Shown here piece by piece: positions 16,220 through 22,884 of a stretch of DNA of 40,815 bases. Made by a program: the position numbers and the translations under genes. The DNA lies in UHGV virus genome UHGV-0360510. One strand, written 5' to 3'. Under the pieces are notes generated by a model that saw only the letters and a list, made by a program, of their open reading frames with translations, did not search any database and was not told where the DNA came from. Numbering within the stretch: position 1 is the stretch's first letter; the number at the start of each line of letters is the position of its first letter. This DNA comes from a virus.

Positions 16220-16358
16220 ATGAAACACCTCCCTTCTGTCACCAGATTCGGAGGCGGTAACGTTAGCATTATAGCACAGCAGCAATTATGCCGCAATCAA
16301 AATATAGACCTCAGGAATCCCCTGGGCCTGTCTGCGTTGCGACGTCGCACAGCTCTAC

Positions 16359-16823
16359 TTATTCTTTCTTTATTCCCTCTTCTGGGGTATCCACTACCGT
16401 TTCAATCTTTTTCTTTATAAAACGTAATACCGGACTTAATACAGGAATTGCCACTCCTGTCGCCTCACAATTCTCCGTAATACTGATCAACTCATTGATT
16501 ACCAGCCAGGACGCCACCATCGCGGAGAACAGCAGCGGAAACGCCATTTCAATATGTAAGTTGGCTGCTACGTAGGAAATCATACAGTCTATTCCGTATC
16601 CCACAAAAATCAGTATGTACATCATTACTTTTTTCACAATACCCGCAAATGACTTTTCGCTTGTAATCTTTTCCCCATTCACCTTTGATGCTGCCATTCC
16701 TGTAAAGTAGTCAATGATATTGCAGGGGATCAGCAAAGCTAACGGGATTGCCAGCACTCCAAAGAAACTGAAAAACGCTCCGATAGCTGCACTTATTGTG
16801 TATTCGATTGCTTTAGCTTTCAT
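16359..16823 (-). CDS. Holin (Phage_holin_4_1 / TcdE-like family)
   Basis: Three or four TM helices with the conserved NELISITEN-like segment; positioned just upstream of the lysin. Confidence 0.7.
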   Translation of the reverse strand: MKAKAIEYTISAAIGAFFSFFGVLAIPLALLIPCNIIDYFTGMAASKVNGEKITSEKSFAGIVKKVMMYILIFVGYGIDCMISYVAANLHIEMAFPLLFSAMVASWLVINELISITENCEATGVAIPVLSPVLRFIKKKIETVVDTPEEGIKKE

Positions 16824-16839
16824 CTTATACCTCTCATTC

Positions 16840-16953
16840 TTATTTTTCAGGATTTTCTTTCAGCCATTTTTCTGTTTTCTTACGCCAGAATTTAGGTACA
16901 TCTTCCAGCGTGATCTCTCCTGCCCGAATCTGTGTTCCATAAAAAGCCCCCAT
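16840..16953 (-). CDS. XkdX-like small phage protein (37 aa), absent from the ORF track
   Basis: MGAFYGTQIRAGEITLEDVPKFWRKKTEKWLKENPEK. GGGAGGTGAGGTATA-ATG. TAATG overlap with the upstream gene. XkdX-type position between tail-fibre-associated genes and holin. Confidence 0.45.
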   Translation of the reverse strand: MGAFYGTQIRAGEITLEDVPKFWRKKTEKWLKENPEK

Positions 16954-17333
16954 TATACCTCACCTCCCTCTGCAAGCGCCCCAACCGTTTCTCCCAGATC
17001 TCCGATAGCGCCGTCCTGAATCTTCTGACCAGTTTCAACGCTGTCCAGGCGTTTTTCTATCGCGCTTTTTTCCCGCAGATTGTAGGTGGTGGTTACGGCT
17101 CCATCCGCATCCACTGTGGACGTTTCAGATACCAGCATAAGATCTGTATACGTTCCGACCGTCAGCCCGCTTCCGTTCTTGATCTGTACCTCTGCCAGGT
17201 TCTCCTCGGTCAGTTTCTGCCAGATCTGCAGCATTGCTGTTCTGTCAGCTGCTGCTACTTGGATCGCTGCAAGAGATGCACCCACCTCCAATTCCACTGT
17301 GGTTCCATCCTTTAAAATCATTGTGTCTTTCAT
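16953..17333 (-). CDS. Hypothetical tail-fibre-associated protein (XkdW-like position)
   Basis: RBS AGAGAGGAAAAGAA-ATG. Located between the tail fibre genes and the XkdX-like ORF. Confidence 0.5.
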   Translation of the reverse strand: MKDTMILKDGTTVELEVGASLAAIQVAAADRTAMLQIWQKLTEENLAEVQIKNGSGLTVGTYTDLMLVSETSTVDADGAVTTTYNLREKSAIEKRLDSVETGQKIQDGAIGDLGETVGALAEGGEV

Positions 17334-17441
17334 TTCTTTTCCTCTCTTTCTTTACTTTTTGTTATGGATAAATATACAAAAAGGGCCTTAATAGACCCTA
17401 ATTTTCAACTTTTGACGCTGTAGACTAAATGATATAGCAAT

Positions 17442-17720
17442 ATGTCTGGGGCTATTTTTTATAAAAATCAACTTCCTCCTAACAATAACGCCGACGATGC
17501 TGATGTAAATGGGATTTATATCATTGATCATCAGACCAATATGGGAACAGCTGGAATAGAAAGCGGATACGGAATTTTGTTTTGCTTTGGCCAAGGAATG
17601 GGGCCAGGAGATAACTCATCCTGGCGTTGGCAACGTGTATTTCGGTCAGGTTCATTTTCTGGTGGAATACGAACAAAGGTCAACGAATCGCCCTGGACTG
17701 ACTGGACAGAAAAATCATAA
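17442..17720 (+). CDS. Orphan pyocin-knob-like (tail-fibre tip) domain ORF on the opposite strand, convergent with the tail fibre gene
   Basis: GILFCFGQGMGPGDNSSWRWQRVFRSGSFSGGIRTKVNESPWTDW parallels the knob region GFCITYSTGDQWLCQLAMAVGDPNLFTRYKRLGTWSGWT of the adjacent minus-strand fibre. No clear SD; a possible leaderless start. Confidence 0.35.
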   Translation: MSGAIFYKNQLPPNNNADDADVNGIYIIDHQTNMGTAGIESGYGILFCFGQGMGPGDNSSWRWQRVFRSGSFSGGIRTKVNESPWTDWTEKS

Positions 17721-17721
17721 A

Positions 17722-18405
17722 TTATACACTGGATGATGTGCCTATTGTGGTCCAGCCGGACCATGTCCCGAGGCGCTTGTATCGAGTGAACAGATTAGGA
17801 TCACCAACTGCCATTGCAAGCTGGCACAGCCATTGATCACCGGTGCTGTAGGTGATGCAGAAACCATTACCATATACAGTGTTTCCGGTTTTATATGGGG
17901 TACTGGCTGTATCTGGGTCCCAAACAACAAGGTTAATCCGGTTGAGAATGTTAGTGTCTGCATTGTCAATGTATGATGACTTAACCGGATCCACATTTGT
18001 TTTGACTGTATTAAGGTCACTGGACAGCGATTCTAGTCGGCTTCCTGTATCTCCTAAATTGCTATTTTGTTGAGTGATCTGATCCTGGAGATTCTTTCCA
18101 AAAGCAGCATCAAGTGGATACTTTCCCGGTTCGTTGCACAAGCCATTATTTACAAGCTGGCCAGCATGAAGGATAAATGACATTCCAGCTTTAAAGTTCT
18201 TGTAAAATGTAATAGGATTCATTTTACTGACTACCTTCTCAAGGAATGCTGGAAAGCTGGTAATCCCTTCTACCGTTCCACTATCGTCAAATTCCGGTTT
18301 ATACAGACCTTGAATTCCTTCTTCCATATTGTTCAAATGTTCCGCATCAATATCTGGTTCTGAATCATTCACCCAATGTGTAGGTATATATTCCTTCTCT
18401 GCCAT
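17722..18405 (-). CDS. Tail fibre / receptor-binding protein with a C-terminal pyocin-knob-like domain
   Basis: C-terminal knob pattern (see above); position distal in the tail module. Confidence 0.6.
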   Translation of the reverse strand: MAEKEYIPTHWVNDSEPDIDAEHLNNMEEGIQGLYKPEFDDSGTVEGITSFPAFLEKVVSKMNPITFYKNFKAGMSFILHAGQLVNNGLCNEPGKYPLDAAFGKNLQDQITQQNSNLGDTGSRLESLSSDLNTVKTNVDPVKSSYIDNADTNILNRINLVVWDPDTASTPYKTGNTVYGNGFCITYSTGDQWLCQLAMAVGDPNLFTRYKRLGTWSGWTTIGTSSSV

Positions 18406-18416
18406 GTTTTCTCTCC

Positions 18417-19349
18417 TTACTTTTTACACTTCAACTCTCGTAATGTCAGATTGGCAATCGCTATACTTGACGTAGTACGCATACTAAGCGATATGTATAG
18501 GTACCTGCTTCCTGTAACTGATGCCACATTAAGCGTACGGTTGCTGACATTGCCATTTGTGTCTGGTATTTCACGCTGCCAGTAAGTTCCAAGTCCTTCG
18601 TGATAAGTTTTTCCAGAGCCACTATCAGCCCTTCTATAAATATACTCCGTTTCATATCCTGTCGCTGCCAGAACCGAACATCCACCTGTTGCATTATCCA
18701 GAGAATACCGCAATTCAATCTCATTGATTTCGTCAAAATTCAATGGCCTGTTAAAAACGATCGCCGTTGTTACATAACGTGTATCCAGCGGATTTTCAAG
18801 ATGCAGATTATCGCGTCCGAACGTCACATCTCCCACATAATATTCTCCGGCTTTTCTTCCAAATGCAGGAAAAGAGTTTATCGATTGGCCAGGAGCAAAT
18901 ACGCCGTTATAATATGGCACCATAGGATCGTTGTTCTCATACCCTTCATAAACTCCGATAATTGTGTAGTCACCAAGTTTTATAACTGTCCCCTTTTTTA
19001 TATTAAAGGCATTTAGATTTGGTAGCCCTGCTATGACTACATCTTCTATCATATATTTATCCTTTGTCTCTACTGTCTGCTGCTCGCCACTAGGAATTAT
19101 ATATTGCTGTTCCATGGTCGGAATGTTTTGCACAATCCTGCTGCCTGCGGCATAGTAGCCTGCTGCCGACTGATACTCCCCGTTAATTGTCAAGACATGA
19201 TCAGCGGCATCAATGATCGGCATGGTACCTATCTGTTCTTCATCGCTGCCCTGTCCAATAAAAGTTTTGCCCTTTTTTACATACCCTGGCTTAGCCGTCA
19301 ATCCACGGATGTCTAAAGCCGCACCTGTATTCTTTACTATACACTCCAC
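18417..19349 (-). CDS. Putative receptor-binding / baseplate-peripheral protein
   Basis: N-terminal region paralogous to the next gene (..LTAKPGYVKKGKTFIGQGSDEEQIGTMPI.. vs ..LTAKREDVLPPYIFVGNESENAAVGSMV..). Position in the distal tail module. Confidence 0.55.
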   Translation of the reverse strand: MECIVKNTGAALDIRGLTAKPGYVKKGKTFIGQGSDEEQIGTMPIIDAADHVLTINGEYQSAAGYYAAGSRIVQNIPTMEQQYIIPSGEQQTVETKDKYMIEDVVIAGLPNLNAFNIKKGTVIKLGDYTIIGVYEGYENNDPMVPYYNGVFAPGQSINSFPAFGRKAGEYYVGDVTFGRDNLHLENPLDTRYVTTAIVFNRPLNFDEINEIELRYSLDNATGGCSVLAATGYETEYIYRRADSGSGKTYHEGLGTYWQREIPDTNGNVSNRTLNVASVTGSRYLYISLSMRTTSSIAIANLTLRELKCKK

Positions 19350-19362
19350 CAGTTTTCACCAC

Positions 19363-19767
19363 CTAATCTACGAAGCCTTCAAATTTTCCCGTATACGAAC
19401 CTATCTGCACACCTTTTTTTATTACATCTTCCGATATTCCCTGTATAGCAGCTATGACCACATTTCCAGTCATATATGCCCCTTTCACTCCTGCCTTTAG
19501 TCCATTGATTGTTGGAACTATATATTGTGGTCCAATTACCGGAATTTCCTGCGTCACTTTCACAGAGTTGGCGTGGCCTTCCGGGATCATATAGGTCCCA
19601 TTGATGGGAAGTTCTGCTTGAACTGTACCATTTTCTACCATACTGCCAACCGCTGCATTCTCACTTTCATTTCCTACAAAAATATACGGAGGCAGAACAT
19701 CTTCCCTTTTTGCAGTTAAGATTTCATTGTTAAAAGCACTTCCGTTATATACCCGGCACTCTGCCAT
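19363..19767 (-). CDS. Small tail protein, N-terminal paralogue of the 18417..19349 product
   Basis: Shared N-terminal motifs. Confidence 0.5.
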   Translation of the reverse strand: MAECRVYNGSAFNNEILTAKREDVLPPYIFVGNESENAAVGSMVENGTVQAELPINGTYMIPEGHANSVKVTQEIPVIGPQYIVPTINGLKAGVKGAYMTGNVVIAAIQGISEDVIKKGVQIGSYTGKFEGFVD

Positions 19768-19770
19768 AAT

Positions 19771-20271
19771 TTATACCCCCTTTATCATGATTGAAAAATC
19801 TACAGTGGGCCTTGAACCATAGCAATACAGCATTATAGTTCCTTCTCCACTCACAGCACGATCCACATACCCAAACGCCTTTTTTCTGTTTTTGGCCACA
19901 TCTACAGACGGAGAATCCCCAAGCCAGGGCCCCCCGACCGACGGGCTATCCTCTGCCGTAATCCCTGGAACAGATATTTTTTGCGAATATGGAACAGATT
20001 GACTCCAATTATTGGCAGGTACATTTACCACACTCTGCCCCTTTAGTTCTGCATCCAGATCTTCGATCTGTTTTTTTGTTGTTTTTATTTTCTCATTTGC
20101 ATCATTGATCGCTTTGTTTGTTACATTGATATCGTTAGAAGAAAATATATCCCCTTCCTCTGCATAGTCCGTTACATCGTCAAAGCTGATAGTACCATCT
20201 TCATTCTCGATCATCCGGTATTTGCGGCGTCCTGAAAATTTATCATCTCTGTAAGTAGTCTTTAAACTCAT
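19771..20271 (-). CDS. Hypothetical tail/baseplate protein
   Basis: In the tail module; coupled overlaps. Confidence 0.5.
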   Translation of the reverse strand: MSLKTTYRDDKFSGRRKYRMIENEDGTISFDDVTDYAEEGDIFSSNDINVTNKAINDANEKIKTTKKQIEDLDAELKGQSVVNVPANNWSQSVPYSQKISVPGITAEDSPSVGGPWLGDSPSVDVAKNRKKAFGYVDRAVSGEGTIMLYCYGSRPTVDFSIMIKGV

Positions 20272-20708
20272 ATGTTTATGCTCCTGTTTCCAAATGTACG
20301 TTTTCCCAAATGAAAGGATAATCTATATGGACCAGGAAATGATTTTTCAATCAAATCTCCTATATCAAATATAATCTTTTCAATAAAATTCGCCTGATAA
20401 ACAGACGCAAACGTGATTTTCTCTGGGGTCTGCGGGGTACTGGGAAGCGTATAGTAAGCCTCCCGAATTGTTATAAGATTAGTTCGCAGCCGATCCATTT
20501 CCCTATCTGTTCGTCGGTCTTCGGGTTTCCAGTTAAGTTTGTTATCTGTAACATTCCTGTATCCATATTTGTTTAACACATAAGAAACCCATTTGATCGC
20601 TGACTCAATACGATTTAAATCCCTGTAATCAATATACGCTTTGTCTGTCAGTTCCTGTACATCTGCCGCCACACGGTCAAAAATCAGCGCATCCAGATAT
20701 TTACTCAT
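20268..20708 (-). CDS. Hypothetical tail/baseplate protein
   Basis: In the tail module; 4-nt overlaps with neighbours. Confidence 0.5.
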   Translation of the reverse strand: MSKYLDALIFDRVAADVQELTDKAYIDYRDLNRIESAIKWVSYVLNKYGYRNVTDNKLNWKPEDRRTDREMDRLRTNLITIREAYYTLPSTPQTPEKITFASVYQANFIEKIIFDIGDLIEKSFPGPYRLSFHLGKRTFGNRSINI

Positions 20709-22494
20709 GTATTACCACCTCCGCCCGGATTTCTTTTATTCCAAACTGATATGATATGCTTTCGATCGTTCCTTCCCTCTGTCCATCATATGCAGTATCA
20801 ACACCTACTACTTGTCCCAGCATCTTACTTGACAAAAGTACGTCACCCCTTACGTTTTCAGCACGCTGGTAATATTCATACACACGGTTCAGAACTTCTT
20901 TTGCATTGCCTGTATGTACCAGAGTAGCACTTGACACCTCTTTTACATTTTTATTGAACACAATAGCAGGGTTCTCTTTTAAAAGCGATGTCGTCAAGTG
21001 CGTATATTTTTTGCCCCTAAGAATCACTGTCTCCCCTGTGCCTTTAATCACGGCATAGTTATCGCCATGCTTAACCAGTTCTCCGCCAGCAACCGACAAA
21101 TCATAATGCGGTTCTGAAAAAATAACTTCCGCTGTACCATTTAACACATCATTATAAAGTTCTTCTATCTCCTCTGATGGCTGGTATGTATGCACAGAAA
21201 TCCTTATACCTGTAACTACATCGCTGTGTTCCAGCGTCAAACCATCAAATGCATCTGCCTGGGTAAATGTCCCTGACAATTCCGTTTGCTGCGAATAAAT
21301 CATGACCCCATCATAATTACTCGTATCTACCACTGCCCCAATCGCAAAAGCAACCTGTACCAGAGCGTTTCGTTTCGTTGTATATGGGATGTGTCCGAAC
21401 AATGGAATATCTGACAACGTATCATCCAGAAGATAGCCAAAATCTTCCCCGTCAAATATCTGCCCGATCACCACTGCCGCTGTCTGTCCGGTGTAAATCC
21501 CTCCAGTAAATTCATTTCCATCCAGCACGCCAATAGCATCATGACTGTCCATCTGGTAGTCTGTCCGGTTTTTTCTGGCACCGTTTTTCAGATAAAAGTT
21601 TCCGATCCTCTGCCCGTTAAAATACACCGCAAGTTTCTGTTTCTTTTGAAAGTCAAACGGTATATTGGTTTCTGTCCGTACCGTAAAATTCAGTGTATTG
21701 ACACTGATATTTTCGCTGATTGCGTTGACTTCCTGTAAGCAGGAGGTTGTTAAAAGTTCATCGGAAAAGAAATCACGGTATATCCCATAATCAATCCTTG
21801 TAATAAATACCGGACGAAATGGTTGTGATGTTTCGTAAAACGTAATCACAATTTTATCGTACAGCTGCACATAATTACTGCAAAAGTACCGTACTGCATC
21901 CGGCATAAATTCCATGTCGGACAGCAGTTTGCCTTCCGAATACCATTTAACCCTCAGCTTTGTACAGTAATCGCCTGACATCATATTAAACGTCAACAGA
22001 AGGCCAACACTTGTAAATTTTTGGCTAAACATTACGGTAAGTTCTGGGGATTTGGTCACCTGTCGCAATGTACTGGATGGAAATACAAACAGGCCTGGTT
22101 TGAGCTTTTTGCTTGGGTGCACGCCTGCAGAATTTATTATCTTTGCCAGACGGCCGTTTTCATCTGACACCTCATCCGATATATACCCGTAATTTTCTGC
22201 ATCATCAGGAAAATTGACATACTTACCATTCATCAACGCAAATCTCGGAAGGCACAAGGAGTACCCTGGATAGATCAGGTCATCTCTTTTAAGTTCTGGA
22301 AATGCCTTCTGGACGACTGTCTTTTGCGGCACCAGCCCATTGCCTGGATACAGCACCTTCCGCGGGCGCAGGCCGGACTGGATCACCTGAGGGCTGCTGT
22401 GCTCTTTTGCGTATGGCGCCACATCGTCATATACAATCTTTAACCCTTCTGTATTTTCTGCCGCGTCTGAGCGGATTGACTCTTTCAGGAACAT
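20701..22494 (-). CDS. Tail-associated lysin / tail endopeptidase-like (Tal-like) baseplate hub protein
   Basis: 597 aa immediately after the Dit-like and tape-measure genes, the canonical siphovirus order. Confidence 0.55.
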   Translation of the reverse strand: MFLKESIRSDAAENTEGLKIVYDDVAPYAKEHSSPQVIQSGLRPRKVLYPGNGLVPQKTVVQKAFPELKRDDLIYPGYSLCLPRFALMNGKYVNFPDDAENYGYISDEVSDENGRLAKIINSAGVHPSKKLKPGLFVFPSSTLRQVTKSPELTVMFSQKFTSVGLLLTFNMMSGDYCTKLRVKWYSEGKLLSDMEFMPDAVRYFCSNYVQLYDKIVITFYETSQPFRPVFITRIDYGIYRDFFSDELLTTSCLQEVNAISENISVNTLNFTVRTETNIPFDFQKKQKLAVYFNGQRIGNFYLKNGARKNRTDYQMDSHDAIGVLDGNEFTGGIYTGQTAAVVIGQIFDGEDFGYLLDDTLSDIPLFGHIPYTTKRNALVQVAFAIGAVVDTSNYDGVMIYSQQTELSGTFTQADAFDGLTLEHSDVVTGIRISVHTYQPSEEIEELYNDVLNGTAEVIFSEPHYDLSVAGGELVKHGDNYAVIKGTGETVILRGKKYTHLTTSLLKENPAIVFNKNVKEVSSATLVHTGNAKEVLNRVYEYYQRAENVRGDVLLSSKMLGQVVGVDTAYDGQREGTIESISYQFGIKEIRAEVVIHE

Positions 22495-22497
22495 CTC

Positions 22498-22884
22498 TCA
22501 TGGCCTCCTCTGTGGTTCCATGGCTACAAAATATATGGACAACCCGCTCCACAGGTTTTTCCCTTTGATCCGTTTCATTTTATCTTTCCCCTGTGTCACA
22601 TAGGCTTCAAATGTTAGATTCCTCTGCGCGTAAGGAAATGTCATCTGATGGGATATGACAGGAGCGGATATGATTTCATAAAATGTATCATAGTCATCCC
22701 TATATCCCGGATAAGGTTCAATCTCCAGCGTGTAATTATAAAAAGTACCGGCCACTTCCCGATACATACCGTAGTTTTGAAGTCGTCCTGAGTTCTTCGT
22801 ATCCGTTACCGAGAATCCCCTTTCGAGACTCATTACATTCACCCTAAGTTCTACGCCATCTATAGAAAATATCGTTTCGGTCAT
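22498..22884 (-). CDS. Distal tail protein-like (Dit-like, short)
   Basis: Position directly downstream of the tape measure protein. Confidence 0.45.
   Translation of the reverse strand: MTETIFSIDGVELRVNVMSLERGFSVTDTKNSGRLQNYGMYREVAGTFYNYTLEIEPYPGYRDDYDTFYEIISAPVISHQMTFPYAQRNLTFEAYVTQGKDKMKRIKGKNLWSGLSIYFVAMEPQRRP

Noticed and set aside
17442-18405. Invertible host-range switch (Mu G-segment-like) around the convergent knob domains
   Set aside because: No serine or tyrosine invertase gene nearby, no inverted repeat pair bracketing the region, and the two knob coding sequences share no DNA identity. Downgraded to an orphan-domain finding.
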